Below are positions 21,283 through 31,176 of a stretch of 64,000 nucleotides of DNA, piece by piece; the stretch's first letter is position 1, and every line of letters starts with the position of its first letter. A program made the translations under genes and the position numbers. Where the stretch lies: the IMG/VR virus record IMGVR_UViG_3300044796_000657, positions 62,001-126,000 of that record; one strand, given 5' to 3'. A model generated the notes under the pieces. It was not told the DNA's origin. It worked only from the letters and a program-made list of their open reading frames with translations, and did not search any database.

Positions 21283-21662
21283 ACCTTGGCGACGGCGGTG
21301 GTGGCGATGTAAGCCGATTTGATAAGATCGTCCAATTCTTGGAAGAGGGGGTTGTCGCCGAAGATGGCACTTGAATGACTATCAACGGCTTCCGAGGCAT
21401 TCTTGAAATCCGAACGACTCACGCTGATACACTTGGAGTGTTCTGAGTGTTGAAGGATGTACGTTTTGCCGTCGTCGCCGTCCACGATGGCAGCAGGCCC
21501 GCCGTAGGTATGGTATTTCATTGCGCCGGTAGTTTGACGACTGACCCGGCTTCCCTTTTTGGGATTGTGTTCAACGATGAATTTGCATACCCCACGCTTG
21601 TTTCCACCCAAAGGCCAATCGGTGAATTCGGCTTGAAGGCGAGCGTTGCTGAACTTAACCAT
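21279..21662 (-). CDS. Hypothetical protein
   Basis: ORF between two elements. Confidence 0.7.
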   Translation of the reverse strand: MVKFSNARLQAEFTDWPLGGNKRGVCKFIVEHNPKKGSRVSRQTTGAMKYHTYGGPAAIVDGDDGKTYILQHSEHSKCISVSRSDFKNASEAVDSHSSAIFGDNPLFQELDDLIKSAYIATTAVAKV

Positions 21663-21698
21663 GATGAACTCTAAATGGGTTGTTTCTTATAACTGTGA

Positions 21699-21712
21699 GG
21701 GTGTATGGTCAC
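21699..21712 (-). promoter_or_regulatory. 14-bp element
   Basis: Exact copy. Confidence 0.85.
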
Positions 21713-22724
21713 TAGTAAAACGTTATTGTATGACAACGCCCACCCCACTCAGAAGAAAAACCTACCCAACGATAACATCGAGGGCATTGAGTACCCATTC
21801 TATGCAAGCCGTGTTTTATCGGGTAATGAACTTCACCTTTAATATATCGCCACAATCTCGCCAACCAATGATCGGAGATTGTTGTGGTTCCATACCTGAC
21901 TTCTTCAAAATGGAAAATTTGGTGACAACACCAGCATTCAATCCGCTTCATACGAGTAGTGAGAACGACCGAAGATGAGACTTCCATGATATGTTCCTAT
22001 GCGGGTACGGTTCCACTGACGGCATAAATGCTAACCCGTCCAAAATTACCATGCTCCAACGGAGTTCGAAGTGGGAAGCTGACGAGTTGATTTTCGTCAA
22101 CCAATTCTTGAAGTAAGATATTCAAATCAGGAATTTGAATTGACATTAACTGGTTCATAGCCAGCGAAATTTCTTCATCCGTCGTGACTCTTTTTTTTGT
22201 CACGAAAACACGAATCAACATCTTGAGTGCGTCTTTGATATTACCGTGCGGATCTGCTGCGAGATTCAATGTACACCCCAATCCTTTTTGTATTCGCCTG
22301 TCGTGAAGAAACGAATGACGCCATCATGTTGATAGCTAAATGTGGCGCTGCGTTTTTCGCTTTCAACTTCAATCCCCTACACTTTGTACCATCGCACTTT
22401 GTACCTCTTGCCTTCGAGGTTAAACTCAATGTGATGATAATCATTGCGAGCATCGTAGTAAAGCAAAAAGTCATCAGCCTTTGGCATCTTCAAAATGAAT
22501 TCAAAGAAGAAAGGCCAAGACTTATTCTCCCAAGCGTTTACTGTATACCAGTCAAATCGCCATTCATCAAAGCCACACGAAACCTTAACTTGCCCTCGTT
22601 TGAGCCAATCAGCAATCAGAGCATAACTGCTACAAAAAGGCGGCTGTTGATGGAGATAGCTACACAATTGTTCAACGGTTCGTAAAATCGGTTGAACTTT
22701 TGACATAACAACCTTTGGATAAAT

Positions 22725-22837
22725 TCAGGGGAAGCGACTTGGGTGTTTTTGGGGCCACCCTGCCCATTTGGTACCCGTTCGTAGATTTCTCTACAGCCAC
22801 TTGCTACCTAACACGGGTAAACATTAGGCTCCCATGA
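22725..22837 (-). ncRNA. Candidate structured RNA with H-type pseudoknot
   Basis: Intergenic; TACCCGT/ACGGGTA stem, GTAGA-GAAA-TCTAC hairpin, GGGC-A-GGGTG-GCCC-CAAAAA-CACCC. Confidence 0.45.
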
Positions 22838-22840
22838 TCG

Positions 22841-23425
22841 TTAAGCCGCTACCAGTGCAACGGCATCTTCATCGAGTTTTTGTTTTTTGTTCTTCCACGG
22901 CTTGGTAAGAAGGCGAGTCACTTCTTCCGCTGGCAATTCTGCCACGAACTTCGTTACCCCACCCATGCTCAGAATGCCTGCGATGATGTTAATACATGCC
23001 ATGATGACATACATGGTACCGACGATGTAATAGGCACTTGCCCACAACATAATCGTAGCAATCCAACCGAACACGAATTGCCGTATGACCGTGAAATATC
23101 GGACTGGAATTAACGTTGCTGTGGCACAAGCCTCTTGACCTTCTTTCTCTGACAGATTACCCTTGTAGGTCATGCCGTAAAAGATCACAATGGCCATCCA
23201 TGTCATCACACAGGAAAAGCCATAGGACAAACCCGATGCCCATGCGAGTGCAGGCAGCAAGTTCGTCACGATTTGCGGCAGATGATCCGTTTGTGTTGAC
23301 ACCAATACCGCTGCGGGTACGCCGTAAAAGGTTAAGAACCACATAAGACCCCCGAACCAACTGTAAAGCGACCGGCGGGCACGCATTGAGCTGATCAGCT
23401 TCTTTTGGTCTTTCGTGAGCGTCAT
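22841..23425 (-). CDS. Multi-pass membrane protein
   Basis: About four hydrophobic segments. Confidence 0.7.
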   Translation of the reverse strand: MTLTKDQKKLISSMRARRSLYSWFGGLMWFLTFYGVPAAVLVSTQTDHLPQIVTNLLPALAWASGLSYGFSCVMTWMAIVIFYGMTYKGNLSEKEGQEACATATLIPVRYFTVIRQFVFGWIATIMLWASAYYIVGTMYVIMACINIIAGILSMGGVTKFVAELPAEEVTRLLTKPWKNKKQKLDEDAVALVAA

Positions 23426-23748
23426 AAATCCCCCATGAACTGCTTGAGAAGGTTAGAAGTGGCATTTGCCAAATCAGCCTGATCCTCACCGAGAGTACCG
23501 GCCAATTCTGTTAACTCATCTGCACGTTCTTGGCAAACCTCTTTCGTAGGTGCCGCCAACGCCAAATCACAGATAGTTAACTTTTCATGAGAGTGGCAAG
23601 CCGAATAACTCTCACAAAAAGATTCCGCTGTTTCTTCGGCCTCTTCGTATTTGAAGCCAAGAGCCAAAAGAACAGTCCCCGGATGTCCAGCTATGACTTG
23701 CGTGGGCTGTCCAAGTTTTTGATAAACGGTGACTTTCACGTTCAAGTC

Positions 23749-24330
23749 TCAGAGGGTGCAACGAGCGCCGGAGTGTTTCACGTGTAAAGATTCGCCGGGC
23801 CGGAGCAACCGTCCCGTTGTTTTTTCTTCATCCAAGTGGACTGCGAGGAAGAATTCGGCAGCGAAGGGGTTGACGTAAACCCCACCGTGCCAAATCACCC
23901 AATCGTACGACTTCGTGCTTCCATCACGCCACACCGCATTGACAATCTCAATGGCACCCATTTCCTTATTGGCGGTTCGCAGAGCGTTAACCAATACGCT
24001 CAATGGAACGCCTTCAGGAGTAGTGCCACCGTTCAACTGTTCGCCAACATAGCGAATGTGCAAAGTTTCTTCGGGTTGAAGAAGTCTTGCCCGTGAGCGG
24101 TTCAAATCGAAGTCGCCAGCGAAGAAATAATCGGCTTCAAAGGGGTTAACAAAAACCCCATCGTGCCAAACTACCCATCCCGGCTCCGTGATTGTGCCGT
24201 TATTCCAAACGGCTTCGCCAATGTACAGTGCGCCCATCGGTTGCTTAGCAACTACAAGCCTCTCAATTAAGGCCGCAATGGGTTCGTAATCAATCGGGTT
24301 GTGGCGATCAATCCATCCTTCGGGTTTCAT
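23749..24330 (-). CDS. Hypothetical protein made of two tandem homologous domains
   Basis: AVW..G.....WV.WH.GV.VNPF.A..F.A........RLL.P.E.LH occurs twice. Confidence 0.75.
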   Translation of the reverse strand: MKPEGWIDRHNPIDYEPIAALIERLVVAKQPMGALYIGEAVWNNGTITEPGWVVWHDGVFVNPFEADYFFAGDFDLNRSRARLLQPEETLHIRYVGEQLNGGTTPEGVPLSVLVNALRTANKEMGAIEIVNAVWRDGSTKSYDWVIWHGGVYVNPFAAEFFLAVHLDEEKTTGRLLRPGESLHVKHSGARCTL

Positions 24331-24353
24331 AGCACTTCTCCAAATGAGGAAGT

Positions 24354-24383
24354 AGTATAACATATCTTCTATCGATATGTCAA
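24354..24383 (-). promoter_or_regulatory. sigma70-like promoter
   Basis: TTGACA-18-TATACT. Confidence 0.6.
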
Positions 24384-24664
24384 GATAATTATTTCAAATT
24401 TAAGCCCAAATTGATTTGCGTTTTGGTGGGCGATAATGCACCATTAAGTCATTGCGTGCTTTTTTGGCATTGTGCCAAAGATCATCAAATGCCTTGCGAA
24501 CGAGAATTCTCAAACCCTTGGGAAATGATCGTGGCTTGTCGTAAACAATGCGGCCACACTGTAAGCGTTGGGGCCGATCTTTGTCCTGACCACTATGTAC
24601 TTCAATAAAGCCATCGTCAGTTAATTGAACTGCACATAATGGTGAATGCTGCCATGTTCGCATG

Positions 24665-24859
24665 TTAGCTTTCTTTGGGCTTCTTGGATTTAGTGGGAGT
24701 AAATTTACGCATGTAAGTTCCCTTGGCGGTTACGGTTCCTTTACAAATAGGAAACGTTACACATCCCCAAAATTCACCGAGATAACCGTTGCGAATTTGC
24801 ATGGGTGACAAACATCGTGGACACTGTCTAACCGGTGGTGGGGGTGAAGGCGTATCCAT
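24665..24859 (-). CDS. Stand-alone topoisomerase-type C4 zinc finger
   Basis: CPRC..PMQIRNGYLGEFWGCVTFPIC. Confidence 0.75.
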   Translation of the reverse strand: MDTPSPPPPVRQCPRCLSPMQIRNGYLGEFWGCVTFPICKGTVTAKGTYMRKFTPTKSKKPKES

Positions 24860-25941
24860 TTATCTTCTCATTAACGCTTTGAAGAAATGATAGAGTCCAG
24901 CAGCGATCAGAATAAGGCCAAGCCACCAAATGGCAAAGTAAACCACAATGCCTATGAAAACAACCCAGAGATTACCGTATGCGTTATTGGGCGTAACAGA
25001 AATTGTGTCGTAGATGCCACCCGTATCCATAAGGGCAGGGATGTAAGGATTGTGATGGCAATACGGACACTGAACAGCGCCAGTATTAACTACGTTTTTA
25101 CAATTCGCACACTGGAATGTTGTCATATGTCACCTAATGAAACGAGCAAACAAGAATGTTGTTTGTTCGTATACTTCTACGATGCAAGGCACCTTGAACA
25201 TCTGCACATAGTCCATAACGCACTCGACCACAGTTAGAAGGTCTTGTGTGTTGGTGGACAAAAAACAAATGGTCGCCAATTTTTGTCCATTTGAACTACT
25301 AATCACCATACTGCATGGTGATTTATGAACATCATCCATGTTAATGTCACTCACGATTTCAGGTGGCAGTAATCGTAAATCGGCGTTGGTTGTTGCTCTC
25401 GATAGTAATTCGGCGTAATAACTAATCGATGTTCGCCGACGCCCAATTCTGCCTGCACACTGCTCGATATATCAACGACATCTTCAATCTCGGCATTGGT
25501 GTTATTAAACCTCAATTTGCCGAGCTGTGCCATAAGACGGTTGAAGTTTGGCATCACCTTGGGCATAGCAAACACGCTGCACCCTTGAACCTGTTGGCTT
25601 GTGCCAATCGGCTCTTTCATACGGGAAGAACATCGCAGCACTACCAAGTGTGTCCAATTTTCAGGCGGTTTTTCGTCAACGAAAACCACGATGCCTTTTC
25701 CGTTTGTAATCGTGGGTTCCCAACATGCGAGGTTTCCAATTAACGACAACCTCGTCATGTATTGATTGGAGCGGTCTGATTCCTTGAAATGCACTGGTTG
25801 ACTTTCAGCACATTCAGAAAGCCCAACGTCAAACATGTGAACAGGACGCCACAAAATGGTGCCCGGAATTAACATGGTGGCATAGTTGTCGGCAACCGTC
25901 AAAGTTTTCATAACCGCTCCAGTTTCATTTCACGCAATGGT

Positions 25942-25955
25942 GGGTGTATGGTCAC
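25942..25955 (-). promoter_or_regulatory. 14-bp element
   Basis: Exact copy; contains stop of 25952..26425. Confidence 0.85.
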
Positions 25956-27265
25956 TTGGCTTCGACAAGTGCTTCGACAAGTGCGGGCGGCGACATTTCA
26001 AGACGCTTGTAGAATTTGGCGATTTGTTCCTCACTATCTGGTCGCCAGCCGAACGCTTCGGTGGCAATTTGAGCAATCAGATCATGGGATTGCTTCATCA
26101 GCCAGTCTTTCATATCCAGTCGCACAACCTCATACCAAACCGGTTTGGATTTGGATTTATACGGGCCACGGAAGTGAATGAAGCGACCCTTGGGGGTGAA
26201 TGTCCAATCCGTGTCCGTAGCCAGCACGGAAAAATTGGTTTGGAAGTCCTTGAGCGTCATATGCTCATCGGCTTCGGGATTAACTGCCCGAAGTAGTTTC
26301 CGCACCTTTTTCTTCAACAATTTCACCCCATTGCCCAGAGCGAGGTGACATTCCGCCGTGATCGGGATCAGCCCTTTGAGTGGGCCATCCGTCGCCAGAA
26401 AGTCGGTTAAGTTGCGCCATGCCATTGTTTATTCCCGTAAGGACTAACAGAAGAAATACCAAACAGCCAAACATTACAAGTCGAGATCGACCTTGTAGCC
26501 ACGTTGCTAGATCGTATTGAACAACGTCCAGCATGAATTCAAATTCACAATTTTCGCACGTTTCATACATTACAATTTTTACCATTTTTTTCAAGACTTG
26601 TCAAGAAAAAAATCAACAATTTTATATTCCTTTGTATAGATTCTTTCTTGGCAAGCGAAACAACCTCGAAAGCACAAAAAACACAATGGTGGAGGCCAAA
26701 AATCTGAAACGAGTTTGTAATGATAATACTTATTATCTTTGCCTATCATCATAATGTGGGGAACAATTCGCCCTCGCCAAAGTATGATTGGCTTAAATTT
26801 TCGCAACCACAATGCGAGAACAATGGCTCCGATAAGACAATTACCGTATGGCATGTTAATTTACCTTTCGATAAACAATCCAAAACCTTTTTCCGCTCGG
26901 TTCTGACACCAGACAACTTTTGTCCCCACCAAACCTCATGAGATTAACAGCATCGGCTTTGTGTTTACAAAAAGAAAGAGTATAATTTTTGGCTGCTGCC
27001 ATTAACGCAGCAATCGCATGATAGCAAATACTTGAACGAAGTCCCTTGCAGTGACCTTTATCTGAACAGCACGATTTGACAATGAGTAGATTGGCTTCAC
27101 CCAAACCATCAACACGATCAAATTCAACACTGTACAATTCGCTGTCATGGCCGGGCACTGTCGCATGGACAATACGACCCCTCTCATCGAAAGCACAAAG
27201 CCGCACGAATTCGGCGGCTTTCTTGGCACTTTCTATATTCATTGTCATTCCCCTATTGTCAATTA

Positions 27266-27279
27266 GGGTGTATGGTCAC
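27266..27279 (-). promoter_or_regulatory. 14-bp element
   Basis: Exact copy; contains stop of 27276..27767. Confidence 0.85.
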
Positions 27280-27767
27280 ACCATCTTGTAATCATCGCCA
27301 CCCAATAGGGCAACCAATTTATCGTAATTTTTACGCAAGTCTTTGTTGGGATGATGTTCGGCCAAGTAGCCGAGAGCGTGATTTGTGTACTTGTCGCCCA
27401 AACGTGCGGCCACTTGTCGCAATTGTATAGCCCATTCCACCATCGTCATATCGTTAACTGGTTTCTTGAATTCGTATTCCGGCCACTTGGATACGGTATC
27501 GGCAGCGGGAACATAAATCTTAACGGTTCGCACTACCCGAATGGTGGGTGTAATGAAAGCCGGGTCTTTGGATTTCTTTTCTCGCTTTGGTTTGGGCGTT
27601 TCAGCCATGCCAGTTAAATCATAACGGCAAAACGAACACTCCAAACTGAATTCGGGAATGCGTTTGTTGCATGACGGACACACATCATCGCTGAAGTTGT
27701 AGCCGCATGTACAAATAATTTCTTCGGTATCTAATACCGCTTCACAATCAGGACAATCCTTAGTCAT
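27276..27767 (-). CDS. Double zinc-ribbon protein
   Basis: CPDC..CTCGYNFSDDVCPSCNKRIPE...CSFCRYDL. Confidence 0.75.
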   Translation of the reverse strand: MTKDCPDCEAVLDTEEIICTCGYNFSDDVCPSCNKRIPEFSLECSFCRYDLTGMAETPKPKREKKSKDPAFITPTIRVVRTVKIYVPAADTVSKWPEYEFKKPVNDMTMVEWAIQLRQVAARLGDKYTNHALGYLAEHHPNKDLRKNYDKLVALLGGDDYKMV

Positions 27768-27770
27768 TTT

Positions 27771-28397
27771 TCACCAATTGCGGAAGGTATAATCTTCACC
27801 GCCGAGAAGTCGAAGAATCCTGTCGGCATTGGCCAACAAAACATCATTGCGACCATCTTTGCCGTGTCGCTTGGCGTGCCAAACGGCTTCTTGAGCACAC
27901 CAATTTGCGATGGCGTGATTACTCAAATAAACGCTACTACGGCAAGAAACCTGTGTTCGGTATTCTTCTCGGAAGTTAACCGCCCACTCTCGAAGGTTGT
28001 CGTCAGTGATTTCCTGATCCTTGGGCCAGAACAATGCCGAATAAGAAATGTCAGGCGTGCCGTAGTTGCCCAAAGCAACGGAATGGCTCAACCTCATACC
28101 ACCCAATTTAGGTTGGTTTTGTGGGCGATCTTCATCCACGTATTCATCATACGTTTGTTCCGGTTCTGGAGCGACTGCTACCGCTACCGGAATGAGTTCT
28201 TTGGATTTTTTGGGCTTGGGTGCTGCCTTAACTTTCGCTGGCGTGCCACTCAGAATGTCGTAATTGCAGTGAGGGCAAGTCGGCGATCCTTCTTCGATAC
28301 GAGCCTTGCAGCCCGGACAATCGTCCATCGAAAAATCGTAGCCACACTCACAGACAATGCCTGCAACATTGGCTTTACATTCGGGGCAAGGTTTCAT
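27771..28397 (-). CDS. Double zinc-ribbon protein
   Basis: CPEC..CECGYDFSMDDCPGCKARIEEG..CPHCNYDI; GAGGTG SD. Confidence 0.75.
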   Translation of the reverse strand: MKPCPECKANVAGIVCECGYDFSMDDCPGCKARIEEGSPTCPHCNYDILSGTPAKVKAAPKPKKSKELIPVAVAVAPEPEQTYDEYVDEDRPQNQPKLGGMRLSHSVALGNYGTPDISYSALFWPKDQEITDDNLREWAVNFREEYRTQVSCRSSVYLSNHAIANWCAQEAVWHAKRHGKDGRNDVLLANADRILRLLGGEDYTFRNW

Positions 28398-28429
28398 CGA
28401 GCACCTCATCGTAATGATTACGACATGTA

Positions 28430-28443
28430 GGGTGTATGGTCAC
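28430..28443 (-). promoter_or_regulatory. 14-bp element
   Basis: Exact copy. Confidence 0.85.
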
Positions 28444-28469
28444 CAGCCTACCATAAGTTAAAGTGAAAG

Positions 28470-29261
28470 TCAAGACTTATCTTTTAAGAATTCACGGAAA
28501 GATTCCCCATATTTGAACGCATAAGGATCAAAGGCTTGCCACTTTTGACGTTGTGTTAAACGTGAAGGTTTGTTAGATGGCTTAGATCCTCCCTTACAAC
28601 CAAATGCTTTTAGACTGTTCAATTCGGGATAGCGATCCATATCACCATGACACAAAACGCTACGAGCTTGACCTTTTTGACGATAAGTTCCACTGTGTAA
28701 AAGAAGTCTCAATTCCTTCAACTGATCAAAGGTGTACTTTTGTCCATCTATGAAATAGGTTCCATCATGTTTTGCCACTTTTATAGGTTTAGGCTCAGCA
28801 ACCGCACGATGAGCAGATTTGGGGTGTATGGCTTGTGCTTTTTTGTCTGCTCCTACCAACACAACTTCCATCTTAGATAACATAGGAAAGACTTGTTGTA
28901 ATTTTTTGACACACTTTGACGTATTGGGATTAGTTAACGGCGTCCACAAAGCAATAACCATTTCCTTATAAAGAATACCAAATCGTCCAAGTAAAGCAGG
29001 TGTATTGGCCAAAGCAGCCTTACGAGTCCTAAATGGCTTTTTATAACTTGCACTCAACTTAGCCTTATCAGGAAAAACCATATCAAAAACCATATCGTCA
29101 TCATCTTCAACGTCACGTTGCAACATTTCTTCGTGCGTTTTATGGCCATCATCATCATATAGTAATTCGTTAGACCACGGCAAAAAGAAAAACGTCTTCT
29201 TGCTATCGCTATTGTGATAAATTGTGTCAGGATCGATGTGATCGTAAAGAGTAATATCCAT
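28470..29261 (-). CDS. Hypothetical protein
   Basis: 263-aa ORF. Confidence 0.7.
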   Translation of the reverse strand: MDITLYDHIDPDTIYHNSDSKKTFFFLPWSNELLYDDDGHKTHEEMLQRDVEDDDDMVFDMVFPDKAKLSASYKKPFRTRKAALANTPALLGRFGILYKEMVIALWTPLTNPNTSKCVKKLQQVFPMLSKMEVVLVGADKKAQAIHPKSAHRAVAEPKPIKVAKHDGTYFIDGQKYTFDQLKELRLLLHSGTYRQKGQARSVLCHGDMDRYPELNSLKAFGCKGGSKPSNKPSRLTQRQKWQAFDPYAFKYGESFREFLKDKS

Positions 29262-29624
29262 ATCTTATTTACGCATAGGATACAATGTTAATGGCCCGGT
29301 GTGGATAAAAGGACACTTTTCTTAAATCTTGCCCCTTTTTCACAGCCACCGCAATCGCATAAACATCAACAAGCATACCCTTCTTTTTAGCCGCTTTACC
29401 CAATCTACTAAAATGTTTGCCTGTTGCGCCAGACATTGTCATAGCCGACTGAAGACCATACCAAGAAGCAGTAAGACCAAATGGAGCTAACGCTTCCGCC
29501 AAAACCGTTTCCCGCTGCTTAATAGGATAGCGCTGAATGTTCTTCAAAAGAACCTTCAAAAATCGCCGCATCCGCATTGGGGCGACCTTTTTTGAAGGTT
29601 CTTTTTTGTATTTGATGAATTTGC

Positions 29625-30404
29625 TCATTTGCCATGATGGGGAAAATAGGTTCTAGCAGCTTCTGTTTGATTATGAGCTGGCATCAAGGTTTCAAGAATT
29701 TCCACAATGTTGATAGGTCGATACCAAACATCCCAACCACAATCAAACGCACAAAAGATGCCGGGCAACTCACCGTGACTGTGACCATACAAGTTAATGC
29801 TGCGTGGTGGCTTCCCGCCTTCGATTGCTTGTCGATTGTGCTGTGACTTATTCCAAACCCTCATACTGTAATGAGTACACGTTAAGAGACTGCCTTTATA
29901 GACGATAGGGATTTTATGCTGATCGCAGAGCTTCCCTGACAACTGCAACTCAAATCCCATAGGGTGAATACCTTCAATGTATTCAGTCTCGCTCACCTCA
30001 TGGCACCGAGGGCATTTCTTTTCAAATGCCTCATTCTTATCAACGTGAAGGCAATTCAAGCATTGTTTTTGCCAGCGAAACAATTTCCAAACCGGTTGAT
30101 TACGAACTAATACGCCATCTCTTTTAACGAATATCCTATCGTGATTGCCACCAACCCAAATGATGTGTTTACAGTTAATGTTGTTCAAGTATTCTTGGAC
30201 TTTGGCAACATAAGCGAATTCATCATCCAATTCACCGGGCAAACCCAAATCGCCATTGTAGATGAACAAATCATCCGGTTTGACGTATTCGTTTGTGACT
30301 TCATAGATGTGTTTATTCATTGCGGCAGCATCGACATAAGGGCGTTTGCTGTACCGGATAACGTTGTTGTGATCAAGATGATAATCAGAACTATGCCAAA
30401 TCAT
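29625..30404 (-). CDS. Calcineurin-like metallophosphoesterase with Zn-ribbon insert
   Basis: SDYH, GDLG, GNHD, THY, GHSH; CLNC...CPRC insert; start MIWHSS after GAGG SD. Confidence 0.85.
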   Translation of the reverse strand: MIWHSSDYHLDHNNVIRYSKRPYVDAAAMNKHIYEVTNEYVKPDDLFIYNGDLGLPGELDDEFAYVAKVQEYLNNINCKHIIWVGGNHDRIFVKRDGVLVRNQPVWKLFRWQKQCLNCLHVDKNEAFEKKCPRCHEVSETEYIEGIHPMGFELQLSGKLCDQHKIPIVYKGSLLTCTHYSMRVWNKSQHNRQAIEGGKPPRSINLYGHSHGELPGIFCAFDCGWDVWYRPINIVEILETLMPAHNQTEAARTYFPHHGK

Positions 30405-30417
30405 ATTAAGCCTCGCC

Positions 30418-30493
30418 AACCCGCAGGGGATGGCATCGCACTGCAATGCCTTCCGCTGTTGTCAACGGAATCTGCCGGAATCCCCTGCGAGCT
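30418..30493 (-). ncRNA. Candidate three-way-junction structured RNA / 5' leader
   Basis: 14-bp closing stem and two 8-bp hairpins; all non-Watson-Crick pairs are G-U on the minus strand. Confidence 0.6.
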
Positions 30494-30501
30494 TCCCAAA
30501 G

Positions 30502-30530
30502 ATGATAACATATCACACGCTGTTTGTCAA
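30502..30530 (-). promoter_or_regulatory. sigma70-like promoter directly before the structured RNA
   Basis: TTGACA-17-TATCAT. Confidence 0.7.
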
Positions 30531-30558
30531 GTACTTTTTTGTGTATTACTGTACGGGA

Positions 30559-31176
30559 TTATTCCCAGTACTTCACCCATTCTTCACCAAATCTCTTCCT
30601 AAGTTCAGCCAAGTAAGCATTTGTTTTGATCTTGCACATCCACAATTCGTGCCGCTCACCACCCTTGCACATAACACCTTCACCAAAACTAAGCGGTGAT
30701 GAACGAATTGATTTAAAGAAATCTTCATCCAAAGCACCACAATAAAAGACTTCTGCTGATGGCACTATGTTAGAAAAGATTTTGACAAAAGAATCTGGTG
30801 AGATAATACCTTTTTTGTGAATGTTAACATCAATCAAGACGAGCTGCATTGGATCGCCTTGCACATGATGGCCAGCAAACGAATTAGGCCCGAACCATTC
30901 GCAATACGCAATCGCATTTTCACACTTCAAAACCTTTTCAAATGTGTGAGTTAAAGATGGGGCGAATTGTTTGAGAAACAATGGAATGGCAGCACCAAAA
31001 TCGGTGTCCTGATTATCGAATAGACGGGTTCGAGTACCAAATTTATACCATCCAGTTTTTCTATTCCACTCAAATCTCAAATTGGAACCATCGTATTTTT
31101 TAAATGCAATACATTTCAATGCCGGAGTTTGGTTGAGGAATTTATGTGCGTGCGGAATGGACGGATAGGGCTTCAT
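30559..31176 (-). CDS. RNA-ligase-like nucleotidyltransferase
   Basis: KYDGSN (motif I), CEWFG, EGVMCK, KIKT. Confidence 0.7.
   Translation of the reverse strand: MKPYPSIPHAHKFLNQTPALKCIAFKKYDGSNLRFEWNRKTGWYKFGTRTRLFDNQDTDFGAAIPLFLKQFAPSLTHTFEKVLKCENAIAYCEWFGPNSFAGHHVQGDPMQLVLIDVNIHKKGIISPDSFVKIFSNIVPSAEVFYCGALDEDFFKSIRSSPLSFGEGVMCKGGERHELWMCKIKTNAYLAELRKRFGEEWVKYWE

Noticed and set aside
25959-25984. 12-bp direct repeat GCTTCGACAAGT x2
   Set aside because: In-frame micro-duplication encoding ALVEALVEA; no sign of further function.
28822-28831. Partial element (CCATACACCC)
   Set aside because: Lacks GTGA, lies mid-gene and has no nearby start codon; not counted.
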